Notes: a model not told the origin generated them from the sequence alone. A stretch of DNA of 62,387 nucleotides from an uncultured virus (IMG/VR IMGVR_UViG_3300032167_000064) (IMGVR_UViG_3300032167_000064:62001-124387); one strand, 5' to 3'. Counted from the first letter of the stretch, positions 17,449 to 28,872 are shown. Program-made: numbers and translations.

Positions 17449-18568
17449 AATTAGAGGAACTCTTATTGAGGTACATCTTGCTGATCTACATTTTGGTGCT
17501 TTTGAACCTTCAAAACAATATCAAATTTTGGTAGAGCAGGTTTTATCAGATTTATATCAGTTACCTGTTATAGATATTATATCTATCGATGGTGATTTAT
17601 TCGACCATAAGGTTATGAGTAATTCCGATGCTGCTTTATATGCTAGCAAGTTTATTGCAGATTTGGTTCATTTGTCAAAATTGAAAAATGCTACGTTAAT
17701 CTTATTAGCTGGTACATATTCACACGATTTCGATCAATTGAAACTATTTTACCATTATATGGATAACTCTCAGAATTATGGAGTTGACGTTAGGGTAATC
17801 ACTAACATTCAGTTCGAGTATATTAAAGGTGCTAGAATATTAATGATACCTGAATTAAATGGAGTAGATGAAGAGGTGTATCAGAAATTTTTCAATCAAT
17901 CTGGTTGGTATGATGCAGCATTTGTTCATGGTACTTTTGAAGGTTCAGTATATGGTAATTTGACATCCGGAAGTAGCCGGTTATTAACAGCAGAAGATTT
18001 TAAATATTGTACAGGGGTTGCAATATCAGGTCATGTTCATAAAGCTGGTTGTTTCCAAGGTTTCTATTACTATTGTGGATGTCCTTACAGATGGAAGTTT
18101 GGAGAAGAAGAAGAGAAAGGTTATATTATTCTTGCTCATGATTTGGACACTCAGGTTCATTATGTAGACTTTAGACCGATAAAGTCATTCCGATATGATA
18201 CTATTTTTCTTGATCAATTAGTTTCAGAAGACCCTAAGAAAATATGTGATTACATCAATCAAAGAAGAGTGAATGATGGAATTGATTATATTAAGGTCAA
18301 ATTCAGGATACCAATACCTGGATATAATAAAACCATTATCAATAATTATTATAGGAATAATCCTACAACATTTGTTGAATTTATGGATACTGTTGAAGTA
18401 GAGCAACAAAAACAGAAAGAAGCTATTTTGAATTCGGGTCAGTATAGTTATCTAATGGATTCTAGCATTTCAGATTTTGAGAGATTTGTTATGTATGTCA
18501 ATGATAAAGAAGGGTGTGAATTTATCACTGTACAGAAATTAACAGAATTACTTGGCGAAAATATTTAG
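17423..18568 (+). CDS. sbcD: SbcD/Mre11-like metallophosphoesterase nuclease
   Basis: ADLH, GDLFD, GTYSHD, HG and SGHVH motifs; an SbcC partner lies at 54243. Confidence 0.85.
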   Translation: MDTLNYQNKIRGTLIEVHLADLHFGAFEPSKQYQILVEQVLSDLYQLPVIDIISIDGDLFDHKVMSNSDAALYASKFIADLVHLSKLKNATLILLAGTYSHDFDQLKLFYHYMDNSQNYGVDVRVITNIQFEYIKGARILMIPELNGVDEEVYQKFFNQSGWYDAAFVHGTFEGSVYGNLTSGSSRLLTAEDFKYCTGVAISGHVHKAGCFQGFYYYCGCPYRWKFGEEEEKGYIILAHDLDTQVHYVDFRPIKSFRYDTIFLDQLVSEDPKKICDYINQRRVNDGIDYIKVKFRIPIPGYNKTIINNYYRNNPTTFVEFMDTVEVEQQKQKEAILNSGQYSYLMDSSISDFERFVMYVNDKEGCEFITVQKLTELLGENI

Positions 18569-18651
18569 AAAATATCAAGTTAAAAACACTGTACTAATCA
18601 CTCGAAAGAAATAAGAATGTTAAATATCGTATAAAGGAAGTAATTGGCATT

Positions 18652-20541
18652 ATGAGTATAATGTTTGATGCAAACAAAATAGGCAGAAAGAACAAGTATA
18701 ATATTGAAACTGCTAAAATTACATTGGATATGACTACTCTCAATGTATTTTGTAGATATATTTTACAGGATGCTAGAGTCATTAGAATGGAACACCTTGT
18801 AAATATGAGAAGACTATTATCAATTGTTGATAGGTCTACTTATGAGAACGACCCAGAAAAGGTAAAGCGTTTCAATTTCATATATAAAGTATTGGAAGCA
18901 AGACTTGAACAGAATTTAACAGATATGGATTTAATTCTTCTTCATGTAAATGGAGGAATTAATTTTCAGGTTGATTTCTTAGATTATAATAATCTTGCAA
19001 TGGACAAGTCTAATATTCAATATTGTCATAAAATGGTAGAAGACTTATTAAAGTATTCATTCTTCTATAATGAAGCAGATAATTTACAAGAACTTATAAC
19101 CAGATTTAAAACATCTGATATGTCTAAGAGAGTTAGTCTTATCAAAGAAACAGAACAACTTTTAGATAGAGTAAAAAATAAGTTTAGAAAAACTCATGTA
19201 GAAGATAATGTAAATGATGTATTCTTTTCATTAGAGGATGGTACTTTTGAGTCTGCTATTACTGATACATATAATATGGTAACTAACCCATCAAGAAGAT
19301 TATACACTGGTATGCAAGGTTTCAATGAATTAATTGGTGGTGGATTTGAATCCGGTCGTGTTTATATGTTATTGGGTGTAGCAGGTGTTGGTAAATCATT
19401 AACTTTGCTTAATTTAATTAAGCAGATAAAGAAATATAATCCTATGGTTAAACCTAAGGACCCTACTAAAATTCCTTGTATTGTATTATTAACAATGGAA
19501 AATACTGTAGTGGAAACTATTACTCGTCTTTTTGATATGAGTATAGATAATTCTCATGGTATGGGTAACTATGAATTGAATGAAGTTATCTATAAATTAA
19601 GAACAGAAGGTGAGTTAACGATTAATGACTCTTCACCTTTAGATATTGTAATTAAATATAAACCTAATAGAAGTATCAGTACTGATTATCTGTATACATT
19701 ATATGAGGATTTATTAGATCAAGGAAAAGAAATGGTTTGTTTGGTTCAGGACCATATCAAACGTATTCGCTCAATCGATGGTCAGCAGGATATTCGTCTT
19801 GAATTAGGTGATATTGTAAACGAATTTAAAGTATTTGCTGCAGATAAGGATATTCCTGTAATTACAATATCTCATCTTAATCGTGAAGCAACTCGTATAT
19901 TAGAAGAAACAGCAAGAAAAGGAAATCAAGATAGTGGTAAACTTATTGGAAAATCTAATACTGGTGAATCATTATTAATGATTGATAATTTAGACTGTGG
20001 TATTACTATTGCGAGAGATTATGATAGAGATGGATTATGTTATATGACATTTCATCGTATCAAAATGAGAGATAAGGGCAGTACAAGAGATTATATTGCT
20101 CAACCATTCTTACCTGACAATCCGATTAGATTGGTAACAGATGTTGGTGGAGTTCCTCAGTTCAAAGATTCGTTGCATAATGTTGAATTGCCTGGAAGTA
20201 TTAATAACAATAGTAGAGTTAAAATGTCCGGTGCATCTGGATTTATTCAGCAGAATGATATTCTTGGTGTTATTGATACAAATGATACAGGAGACAATGC
20301 ATTCAATAACAAGGTTACTTATAATCTTGAACCTGTTGCAGCAAATTATAATAATCCTGAATATACAGCTCAGATGGAAGCATTTGATGAAGAATTATCA
20401 GAGCTTATTGTTGAGGATGCAAAGAATAGAGAAGCTATGAACATCATTATGCTGACAAACTATAATCAGTTACCGTCAGCTAATCCACCTATTTGTCCAA
20501 TCGAGTTTGTTAATGTTATTAAACCGATTGAATTTGTGTAA
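18652..20541 (+). CDS. DnaB-like replicative helicase (phiKZ-like type)
   Basis: TGMQGFNELIGGGFESGRVY, Walker A GVAGVGKS, TMEN, QDH and SHLNRE motifs. Confidence 0.85.
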   Translation: MSIMFDANKIGRKNKYNIETAKITLDMTTLNVFCRYILQDARVIRMEHLVNMRRLLSIVDRSTYENDPEKVKRFNFIYKVLEARLEQNLTDMDLILLHVNGGINFQVDFLDYNNLAMDKSNIQYCHKMVEDLLKYSFFYNEADNLQELITRFKTSDMSKRVSLIKETEQLLDRVKNKFRKTHVEDNVNDVFFSLEDGTFESAITDTYNMVTNPSRRLYTGMQGFNELIGGGFESGRVYMLLGVAGVGKSLTLLNLIKQIKKYNPMVKPKDPTKIPCIVLLTMENTVVETITRLFDMSIDNSHGMGNYELNEVIYKLRTEGELTINDSSPLDIVIKYKPNRSISTDYLYTLYEDLLDQGKEMVCLVQDHIKRIRSIDGQQDIRLELGDIVNEFKVFAADKDIPVITISHLNREATRILEETARKGNQDSGKLIGKSNTGESLLMIDNLDCGITIARDYDRDGLCYMTFHRIKMRDKGSTRDYIAQPFLPDNPIRLVTDVGGVPQFKDSLHNVELPGSINNNSRVKMSGASGFIQQNDILGVIDTNDTGDNAFNNKVTYNLEPVAANYNNPEYTAQMEAFDEELSELIVEDAKNREAMNIIMLTNYNQLPSANPPICPIEFVNVIKPIEFV

Positions 20542-20551
20542 CAGAAACAGT

Positions 20552-20582
20552 ATGCTTGTAGGTATTATCTACCTACAAGCAT
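20552..20582. terminator. Bidirectional hairpin terminator
   Basis: ATGCTTGTAGGTA / TACCTACAAGCAT. Confidence 0.75.
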
Positions 20583-20586
20583 CTTT

Positions 20587-21015
20587 TTATCTGTAGATTT
20601 TATTTATTGCTCTATTTTCCTGAATATATTTGGACTCTTTTCCATAAATATCGTTAAGGAATGTTGCTAGTACACTAGCATATGGAAGCTTCACTGTTTT
20701 TACATTAAACTCTTTTGGATCGACCATATCATTCAATAATAATAAAACAAAGTCTAATTGAACTGACCCGTATAAATCATATGCTAATAAATCAGGATTA
20801 TATTTATATCTCTTAAACTCTGTATCAGATAGAGATATAGTTTCACAAGTGCCAGCCAAGTGAGGTAAATAATCCTCTACGAGATTATGGTCAAGGTGGT
20901 GTACACCATTGATTACTTCCAAAATAGAGAAATTATAATATGTCATATCATCTATATTTCTCATATTGATAAAATCTTGCAAAGTATAAGTGGTAGCAGG
21001 ATTATGTTGAGCCAT
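20587..21015 (-). CDS. Baseplate wedge protein, T4 gp53/LysM-like
   Basis: YKYNPDLLAYDLYGSVQLDFVLLLLNDMVDP matches the gp53-like P-LA--LYG------LL-N---P pattern; late motif at 21046-21059. Confidence 0.65.
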   Translation of the reverse strand: MAQHNPATTYTLQDFINMRNIDDMTYYNFSILEVINGVHHLDHNLVEDYLPHLAGTCETISLSDTEFKRYKYNPDLLAYDLYGSVQLDFVLLLLNDMVDPKEFNVKTVKLPYASVLATFLNDIYGKESKYIQENRAINKIYR

Positions 21016-21125
21016 ATCTCATACCCCTTTCTATATAATTCTTTAATTATAAACATGTTTTTGAATTATATAATATATTTATGTAAACAAATGATACTAT
21101 TTTTCATGCGAAAGGAGAAAACAAA

Positions 21126-21599
21126 ATGAAAGACAATGAAAAATTGATTGAAGAAACGACAGGAACAGAAATTATCTGTCATTCTTTAGATGATTTGGAA
21201 TTTTATGTAGCAGAATCAACCAAATTGATCGAAAGAAAACATGAAGAGTTATTAAAGGTTACAGTAGATAAACCTCTTTATGTAATCAAAAGAAAGGTAA
21301 CTGATTCTGATAGCAATGATGAATTAGAAATTGTATTGATTTATGACTGTTGTTATGTGCTTTTCACATCAAAAGAATCAGCAGAAGCATTTATGGATTC
21401 TTTTATGGATATTTCTATGAAAGAAGAATGTGAAGTTGTAACTGTTTCTGATTACGGTGAATTATGTCATAGATTACCTATTTCTATGCTTGGAGATGGT
21501 CTTATTATGAAAAGAATTGAATTCAAATCAGATGATGATGTTTGGCATTGTGAAGATCTTATTTATGATCCTGCCGATAACAATTCTAAAACAGAGTAA
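21126..21599 (+). CDS. Hypothetical protein
   Basis: RBS AAGGAG; early motif upstream. Confidence 0.65.
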   Translation: MKDNEKLIEETTGTEIICHSLDDLEFYVAESTKLIERKHEELLKVTVDKPLYVIKRKVTDSDSNDELEIVLIYDCCYVLFTSKESAEAFMDSFMDISMKEECEVVTVSDYGELCHRLPISMLGDGLIMKRIEFKSDDDVWHCEDLIYDPADNNSKTE

Positions 21600-21654
21600 G
21601 AAATTACTCATTAATTTACAACCTATTAATTTTAAGGAGGATTAAGAAACATAT

Positions 21655-22314
21655 ATGGTATCATTAACAATGGATAATATTGACAAAACAGAAGTTGTTA
21701 CTGTCATTGGTAGTACAAGATTTGATAAAGAGATGATTGATAAAGCCAGATATCTTCAATCAACTGGAAAGTTATCATTAATTACTTCTATAACAAAAGA
21801 ACCTACTTATGCTGTATCAGAGGATATGTTGATGAAAGAAGGTTATAAAAGAATCAATTTATCAGATACAGTTGTATGTATGAACTGTCATGGTTATATT
21901 GGAGAAAATACTGCAAGAGAATATCAGTATGCTACTTTGGTAAGAAGAATTCCGGTATATTTTGATGAAGATGAAGTTACAGAGCATATGCTCAAGTATC
22001 TTAACTCATATTTCATTGATGATGAAGGTCAATATCGTCTTTGGAATTATTCTAATATAGAAGGTCTTACAATTAAGACTATTTGTATTAGAGAAAATCC
22101 TATAGTTGCTCCTGATATAGCAACAATGCTTTCTGATATGGATATTGATAAAGAGTTTTATCATGCTATATTATCAATTGATATGAGGAAACAGTGCAAA
22201 CATACAGGAGTTCCTGTCAGAATTTTACCGAATGATATATTCGATGCAAATATTAGAGAATCTAATCTGATCGCTTATAATGATAAAGCAGATGAACCTG
22301 AAGATCAGATTTGA
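21655..22314 (+). CDS. Protein with an N-terminal nucleoside 2-deoxyribosyltransferase-like domain
   Basis: VTVIGSTRF...KRINLSDTVVCMN..GYIGENTARE..YA....IPVYF pattern. Confidence 0.55.
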   Translation: MVSLTMDNIDKTEVVTVIGSTRFDKEMIDKARYLQSTGKLSLITSITKEPTYAVSEDMLMKEGYKRINLSDTVVCMNCHGYIGENTAREYQYATLVRRIPVYFDEDEVTEHMLKYLNSYFIDDEGQYRLWNYSNIEGLTIKTICIRENPIVAPDIATMLSDMDIDKEFYHAILSIDMRKQCKHTGVPVRILPNDIFDANIRESNLIAYNDKADEPEDQI

Positions 22315-22357
22315 TTATATATGATACTATTAATTTAAAGGAAAGGAATAAGGTGAA

Positions 22358-24508
22358 ATGGAGTACAAAGAACAATTCTATTATCCTTATAAGGAATTGT
22401 GTGAAACTGGCACGCAGACTATTCACACGAAAGATTTAAACCAATCCAATATTGATAATCATTTCTACTCAATTATCAATATACTCAAAGATGGAGTAGA
22501 AAAACCTGAAGTGCAGAATATGATGATTCATGTTGTATTTGCTAACAAAGTAGATGTAGATTTAACTATATTTGATTACACTATCAACTTGATGTTCTGG
22601 AATCTCTGTACAGCAGTAGATCATCCAATTAATGATGTACATTTGGTATTCTTTGAGAATATCACCAAGAGATTTATTAAGGAATATATCGATAATATCT
22701 TTATTGATAGATATCGTAAAAAGATTCCATTCATTATGCTTAATCAGACTATCGATGCAGTAATTGGAAAATTCAGAGATCTCAGATTTATGCAAATGTA
22801 TCTTGGTAATACTTTGAATCTTGAAGATACTATTGACTTGATGAATAAGTATCCTGATTTTGCAGATACTATTCATTTCAATCCTGATGGTATTCCTATT
22901 GAAGATGTAAAAGAGAAAGGTATGGAAGCAACTGATTTACAGATTAGATATATCAAGAATTCTGATCACTGTTTAAGAGATTCATTCCGCACAGGTGAAG
23001 CAATATCACCTAAACAGTATAAAGAAGTTGCTGTTAATATTGGTTCAAAACCTGATGGTCAGGGATCAGTATTCCCTCATCCTATTCGTCATTCATTTAT
23101 GAATGGTGGTTTACAGACTCCTGAAGAGGTAGCTATTGAATCATCAGTAGGTCGTGTAGCTCAGATTTTGCAGAAAACAAACGTTGGTGAATCTGGTGCA
23201 TTTGCAAGATGTCTTGAATTAAATAATCAGGATACTATATTGCATCCTGATCCGACTTATATTTGTGATTCTCATAACTTTCAGGAAATTGTACTTGAAG
23301 ATGATACAATGCTTCGTATGTATGATATGAGATATTATAGAGATAATCCTGACGGAGTAGATAAGTTGTTATCAGCTAAAACTGCAGATAAACAGAAGAT
23401 GCTTCATAGAAAACTCTATTTCCGTTCTCCTATGACTTGTGCAAGTGCTGCTAGAGGGCATGGTATTTGTTATAAATGTTATGGCGACCTTGCATATGTA
23501 AATAGAGAAGTTAATATTGGACAGATTGCAGCTGAAGGACTATCTTCAATTTATACTCAGATCTTATTGTCAGCAAAACATCTTCTTGAATCTTTGGTTG
23601 TTAAAATGGAGTGGTCTAAAGGATTTTATGATTATTTCCAGATTACTTTTAATACCATAGCTTTGATTGAGAATAAAACCTATAGAGGTATTAAACTCAT
23701 CATTGACGAGGATATTAAGTCTGAAGAAGAATATGACGATGTAGATTATAATCACTACATCAATAGTTTCATTATCAGAAAACCTGATGGTGAAGAGTTT
23801 AAGATATCTACAACAAATACAGATAACCTGTATTTTGATTCCGATTTCTATGAATATGTAATGTCAGTTCAGCCTGAGAATAACAGTTCCGAGGAACCTT
23901 ATCATGTAGAGCTTAACTTAACAGACTTGATTGATTTTCCTTGTCTTTTTGTAGTTGAGATTAAGAATAACGAATTATCTGCGACTATGAATAAGATTGA
24001 AAAGCTTATCAATAACAAGAGTGTAATTTCTTTATATGATAGGAATTCAATTCTCAAAGAATTTATTACTACAAATATTCAGGGTAATATTAAGCTCAAT
24101 GCAGTCCACTTCGAAGTTCTTCTGATGAATCAGATCAGAGCATTTGATGATGAGCTTGAGAAACCTGATTGGACAAATCCCGGTGAAATTTGTCAGATTC
24201 TCACTTTGGATAAATCGTTGTCTAATAATCAATCTATAACTGTAAGATTGCAGAGTTCGAAAGTACAGAAGGCTTTGGCAAATCCTCAGAATAGATACAT
24301 CTGTAGACCTTCTATGACAGATATTTATTATATGGAACAGCCTCAGGAGTACTTAGACGAGGAGTTCATTTCTGACGAATATACACCTAAGTCTGATGTT
24401 GAGCAACCTATTATTGAACCTATTACTTTCTCTAACCCTAAGATTAGAGTTGGTCGTAAGGTAGAAAAGCGTAAGATTCCCAAGAAGAATTTCCGCAGAG
24501 ATTATTAA
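22358..24508 (+). CDS. Phage multisubunit RNA polymerase beta-prime C-terminal subunit (non-virion type)
   Basis: SFMNGGL, KTNVGESGAFAR (bridge helix-like), RSPMTC...GICYKCYG (Zn site), NIGQIAAE..S..TQ.LLSAKH (trigger loop), VHFEVLL. Confidence 0.9.
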   Translation: MEYKEQFYYPYKELCETGTQTIHTKDLNQSNIDNHFYSIINILKDGVEKPEVQNMMIHVVFANKVDVDLTIFDYTINLMFWNLCTAVDHPINDVHLVFFENITKRFIKEYIDNIFIDRYRKKIPFIMLNQTIDAVIGKFRDLRFMQMYLGNTLNLEDTIDLMNKYPDFADTIHFNPDGIPIEDVKEKGMEATDLQIRYIKNSDHCLRDSFRTGEAISPKQYKEVAVNIGSKPDGQGSVFPHPIRHSFMNGGLQTPEEVAIESSVGRVAQILQKTNVGESGAFARCLELNNQDTILHPDPTYICDSHNFQEIVLEDDTMLRMYDMRYYRDNPDGVDKLLSAKTADKQKMLHRKLYFRSPMTCASAARGHGICYKCYGDLAYVNREVNIGQIAAEGLSSIYTQILLSAKHLLESLVVKMEWSKGFYDYFQITFNTIALIENKTYRGIKLIIDEDIKSEEEYDDVDYNHYINSFIIRKPDGEEFKISTTNTDNLYFDSDFYEYVMSVQPENNSSEEPYHVELNLTDLIDFPCLFVVEIKNNELSATMNKIEKLINNKSVISLYDRNSILKEFITTNIQGNIKLNAVHFEVLLMNQIRAFDDELEKPDWTNPGEICQILTLDKSLSNNQSITVRLQSSKVQKALANPQNRYICRPSMTDIYYMEQPQEYLDEEFISDEYTPKSDVEQPIIEPITFSNPKIRVGRKVEKRKIPKKNFRRDY

Positions 24509-24536
24509 AATATAAGATTGAGAGGTATGTCAAATT

Positions 24537-24845
24537 ATGAAAAGATTCTTTGGTATGATGCCTACTAATGAGGTAGAAATCGAAAAGAAATATAAAGACA
24601 AAAATGACTATAACGTTACTATTCAGGCTGGTCCTAACGGTTGGACTGTACTTTGGGCTGATGGTGGTTCATCTTGGAAAGATGAAGAAAATACAGCAGA
24701 AGAAAACTTCAATACTGCATTAAAAGTAGCAGAAGAAGCTGTAGGAACTCTTACAGAAGTAACTCTTCCTGTAGCATATAATGTAGTAGAAGCAGGTGAA
24801 ACCTGTGATGAAGATGAATCCGATGGAGAATGTTGGGAAGGATAA
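24537..24845 (+). CDS. Hypothetical protein
   Basis: 102-aa acidic ORF with RBS GAGGT; hairpin at 24873-24894. Confidence 0.65.
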   Translation: MKRFFGMMPTNEVEIEKKYKDKNDYNVTIQAGPNGWTVLWADGGSSWKDEENTAEENFNTALKVAEEAVGTLTEVTLPVAYNVVEAGETCDEDESDGECWEG

Positions 24846-24924
24846 ATTAGACAAATAAAAGCCATAGAATCCGGAAGGGTCTCCTGACCCTTCCAGTTTC
24901 AGGCTGACAATTAGAGGTAATATT

Positions 24925-26553
24925 ATGGACAGAATAAAAGTTACAAATACTTCCATTATAGTCGAAAACTATACAATGGGAGAGTCCGAACAATTAGAAA
25001 AACCTTTTAGAATATATGATCCTATTACACATAAAGTATTTTATAAAGGGTTTTATTATGATGAAGAAAATAAGAGATTATATCTTCCTGCAGGTATGGA
25101 CATTTGGTATGTTCGTAAAGCATTAGGAGAAAAATATTATACAAGAATAGATTCAGAACCATTTCAAATGATTGATAATGTAATGATAAAGTTCAAGCCC
25201 AGAGATGAGGAACAAGTTGAAGCTTTAAAGTTTACCTGTAATGTAGGTGAGTATGAAGACAACAAGTATCTACATCAGCTGAGTTTGAACCTGTTTACTG
25301 GTAAAGGAAAAACATATGTATCTATTGCTACTATTTGTTTTTTCAAAATCAAGAGTATTATCATTACTGGTTCTAACTCGTTATTATCACAATGGGGAGA
25401 AGAGATTTGTAAATATACAAATTTAAAGCCAGGTGATATAGTTTCTATTAATGGATCAGAATATTGTAATATGATTCTTAATGGTTCGTCTAATAAAGCT
25501 AAGAATGGTAAAGTTTTCTTATGCAGTCATGGTACATTAAGATCGTTTGGTGATAGATATGGTTGGGACAAAGTGTCTCAATTATTCAGAGAATTAGGAA
25601 TTGGTATGAAGTTTTATGATGAAGCTCATACTAATTTTGACAATATGTTGATGATAGACTTCTTTACCAATACTTTTAAAACTTTTTATGTAACAGCTAC
25701 ACCTGGTAGAAGTAATTGGAAAGAAAATCATATATTTCAGATATCATTAAAGAATGTACCTGGTATTGATTTATTTGATGAAAATAATGATCCTCATACT
25801 AGTTATGTAGCTATTAAATGGAACTCTAATCCGACTCCACAAGCAGTATCAGCATGTAAAAATGTTTATGGATTAGATAGAAATAAATATATCAATTATG
25901 TTACTCAAAAACCTGAATTTTATGATATGATGAGAATTATAATGGATATGGTTATCAAATGTAAGGGTAGAGTTTTAATGTATATTGGTACTAATGAAGG
26001 TATATTGAGATTATATCATTGGCTTGGTAAAGAATATCCTGAGTTTCTTGGAGATATAGGTATATTTACATCTCTCTTGGATAAAACTCAAAAGCAAAAA
26101 GATAAGAAAAAGAAACTTATCATATCTACTACAAAATCTGCTGGTCTTGGAGAGCATATTGAAGGATTAAAAATGACTATAGTGTTAGCTGAACCTTTTA
26201 AATCTGAAATTATCACAAGACAGACATTAGGTAGAACACGAGATAAGAATACTTTGTATATAGAATTAGTAGATATGGGATTTAGATATTGTAGAAAATT
26301 TTATAACGATAAACTTCCTATATTTAATAAATATGCAAGTGATGTTTCTGATACTACAGTTGATTCTTATGAATTAACTAGAAGAGCAAAAATTCTTAAA
26401 GCTGAAAGAACTCATTATCAGATTTGTCCAATTGAATTAGCTGATGATAGATTTGATTTTAGTTTTATCAAAGATAAACAAACAGGACCTATTTGTCCTA
26501 TAGAATTTATCGATACCGATCCTTTATCCAGTATAAAATATCGTAAAAGATAA
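24925..26553 (+). CDS. SF2 (DEAH) helicase
   Basis: TGKGKT, DEAH, TATPGR and QTLGRTR motifs. Confidence 0.9.
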   Translation: MDRIKVTNTSIIVENYTMGESEQLEKPFRIYDPITHKVFYKGFYYDEENKRLYLPAGMDIWYVRKALGEKYYTRIDSEPFQMIDNVMIKFKPRDEEQVEALKFTCNVGEYEDNKYLHQLSLNLFTGKGKTYVSIATICFFKIKSIIITGSNSLLSQWGEEICKYTNLKPGDIVSINGSEYCNMILNGSSNKAKNGKVFLCSHGTLRSFGDRYGWDKVSQLFRELGIGMKFYDEAHTNFDNMLMIDFFTNTFKTFYVTATPGRSNWKENHIFQISLKNVPGIDLFDENNDPHTSYVAIKWNSNPTPQAVSACKNVYGLDRNKYINYVTQKPEFYDMMRIIMDMVIKCKGRVLMYIGTNEGILRLYHWLGKEYPEFLGDIGIFTSLLDKTQKQKDKKKKLIISTTKSAGLGEHIEGLKMTIVLAEPFKSEIITRQTLGRTRDKNTLYIELVDMGFRYCRKFYNDKLPIFNKYASDVSDTTVDSYELTRRAKILKAERTHYQICPIELADDRFDFSFIKDKQTGPICPIEFIDTDPLSSIKYRKR

Positions 26554-26674
26554 AAGAAAAATAAATCCTCTTTTGATTATATATAATAATAGTGAATAAA
26601 GGTTATACAATAGCCTTTCCTATCATGATACTGTCACAGACAAAAAAAAATATAATCAAAGGAGGATAAGATTT

Positions 26675-28111
26675 ATGATGACAGCATTAAACACATTTAA
26701 TCCACTTATAGTAGCAGCTGTTAACCCTTTCGTTATTAATAACGATTATACTATTAAGGTGGAAAACAAACCTAAAAAAGAAAAGAAAAGTTCCAAATTT
26801 AATTCTAAGGAAGCAGACAAGTTCGTTAATCAGGGACAAGTTTCTAACAGATTATACGAAGATATTTGTAAGATGGCTAAAGATAATGCATTTTTGCGTT
26901 TAGTCTTTGTTTCCAAGGGTATCGAAACAAATCAGTGGATTAGATTTGCCATTTATTATATGACAGATCCGCTTGCAACAGCTATATCATTTGCAGACGA
27001 AGAATCTAGAGAATTAGTTAATGCTATCTCTATACTGGCTGGTTTCGGTAAAGTCTATGAAAGCAATAGTGTTGCTAACATAGACGAATATGATAGTACA
27101 CAATTAAATTCTGAGTATACAGGTAGATTCTTGTTGAACAAACCTGAGCTGGTTGATTTTTTATCAACTGTACAGTTCCAGTCAGTTATGGCAGCTAGAA
27201 AATTCAGAATGAACGAAACTATTCTTGAAGGACCTGTGATGATTACTGTAGATGAAAGTGAACTTCGTTATGTGGACGAACAGAAAAAATCTATGGCTAA
27301 TCCAGCATTTGCAATTCTTGATGCTGATGATGAAGAAATTGTTCAACCTAGTTTTACTATTAATGAGTCTAATTCATTTAGTCCACTTGAGTTTAACATA
27401 AAGCCTAAAGTTATGCCTAAAAAAGGTGAAGGAATCGATGCTCATACCTATACAAGATTTGAAGCTATGATAGGAAAATATATTCCTGAAACTATTCATT
27501 ATCATTACGAATGTATTAATGGTATCTATCATCTGTTTATTACAAGACCTGATACAGGTGCAGAAGAAATGTATATTATTGATAATGGTAGTATTGTTGG
27601 TGGAAGTACAGTAGCTATTTTAGGTATGTATGTAAATTCTGAAGGCTTTGAACGATACAGATTTGTTGATGTATTAGCTCATCCGGCAATTGTTTCTAAG
27701 ATTCTTGATAGAACTATATTTAACTATCTGAGTTTTCAGGAATTAGAAGATGTACAAGGAGATTATTTGTATAATTATAGAATTTATAATAACATTGATT
27801 TCCATAATACAGATTTCTTTGATGATTTGAAACCTGAAGATAAATATGATTTTGAATCTTCGTTACTTGCAGTTATGAGTTCAATCGATTTGGCTGGATT
27901 TGGAAATGTAAGATTTAGATTTAGCTCATATGATAATCCTCATAATTTTACATTAGTTTCAGATTTTAATATGTATCGTCCGCTACCGTTTATCCAGGAT
28001 AAAATGATGCCTGAGACTTATGTTGTAGAAGGTTTAGAGATTTCCGTTGTTCCTGATCATGTATATATCAAAATGAACAATGAAATTATAAATAGCTATA
28101 GAATAGGATGA
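26675..28111 (+). CDS. Hypothetical protein
   Basis: 478-aa ORF with RBS AAGGAGG. Confidence 0.7.
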   Translation: MMTALNTFNPLIVAAVNPFVINNDYTIKVENKPKKEKKSSKFNSKEADKFVNQGQVSNRLYEDICKMAKDNAFLRLVFVSKGIETNQWIRFAIYYMTDPLATAISFADEESRELVNAISILAGFGKVYESNSVANIDEYDSTQLNSEYTGRFLLNKPELVDFLSTVQFQSVMAARKFRMNETILEGPVMITVDESELRYVDEQKKSMANPAFAILDADDEEIVQPSFTINESNSFSPLEFNIKPKVMPKKGEGIDAHTYTRFEAMIGKYIPETIHYHYECINGIYHLFITRPDTGAEEMYIIDNGSIVGGSTVAILGMYVNSEGFERYRFVDVLAHPAIVSKILDRTIFNYLSFQELEDVQGDYLYNYRIYNNIDFHNTDFFDDLKPEDKYDFESSLLAVMSSIDLAGFGNVRFRFSSYDNPHNFTLVSDFNMYRPLPFIQDKMMPETYVVEGLEISVVPDHVYIKMNNEIINSYRIG

Positions 28112-28866
28112 TAACCATGAACAACAATAGCAATATTGATTTTACAGAATATGATAGAGTACAAGATATATTAATGTATCTAACTGACAAAATCACGCTT
28201 AGCTTTGTTGTTGCATTGTCTAAAAAGAATTTAGGAGGACAAAGATCCTTCTTTCATTACGAGACTCAGTACACTTCTGATTCTTATGGTACTCAATTAA
28301 GATCTATTAAAAGAAATATGTCTTACTATTTCTTGATTTCTAATAAAGATATCTTTGGATCTGGAATTGTACTGAGACCTCAAGATGTAGAAATATTGAT
28401 AATGCTCATAGAACAAAGAGTAATACCTTGGTTCTTTGGAACTCAAGAACAACATGCATTTCATATGGTAGATAATAAACTAGTATTAAAAGAATTTACT
28501 CCGGTAATATATACACAATCTGATACAAAGTTTATAGGATTTGAACCTATAGTTTATCATTATGAAAATTCAGATCAGTTTGCAGAGGGAGTTAACTTGT
28601 TATTTACACAAGGTGAATCCTGTCCATTAACTGTAGATAAGTTTATGGGTCTGTTTAATGTGCTGAAATCTGACATGTATAATATAGCTTGTCAGTTATG
28701 TACTTATGCTAAGGTTCCACCTTATGGTGTGAATGTATTTAAACCTGTTGGTTTGGGATCTTCTCCCAATCAACAACGAAATGATACTGGTTGGAGCAAC
28801 CAAAACAATTATAAAGGTTTTGGTGCTAATTCCTTCTTGGAAAATGCCAAGAAGAAAGGAGATTAG
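28108..28866 (+). CDS. Hypothetical protein
   Basis: 252-aa ORF coupled to the upstream gene. Confidence 0.7.
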   Translation: MITMNNNSNIDFTEYDRVQDILMYLTDKITLSFVVALSKKNLGGQRSFFHYETQYTSDSYGTQLRSIKRNMSYYFLISNKDIFGSGIVLRPQDVEILIMLIEQRVIPWFFGTQEQHAFHMVDNKLVLKEFTPVIYTQSDTKFIGFEPIVYHYENSDQFAEGVNLLFTQGESCPLTVDKFMGLFNVLKSDMYNIACQLCTYAKVPPYGVNVFKPVGLGSSPNQQRNDTGWSNQNNYKGFGANSFLENAKKKGD

Positions 28867-28872
28867 GATACT

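Noticed and set aside
26675..28111. Candidate sigma-like fifth nvRNAP subunit or nuclear shell protein, based on size
   Set aside because: No recognisable motif; size alone is insufficient. Needs HHpred or Foldseek.
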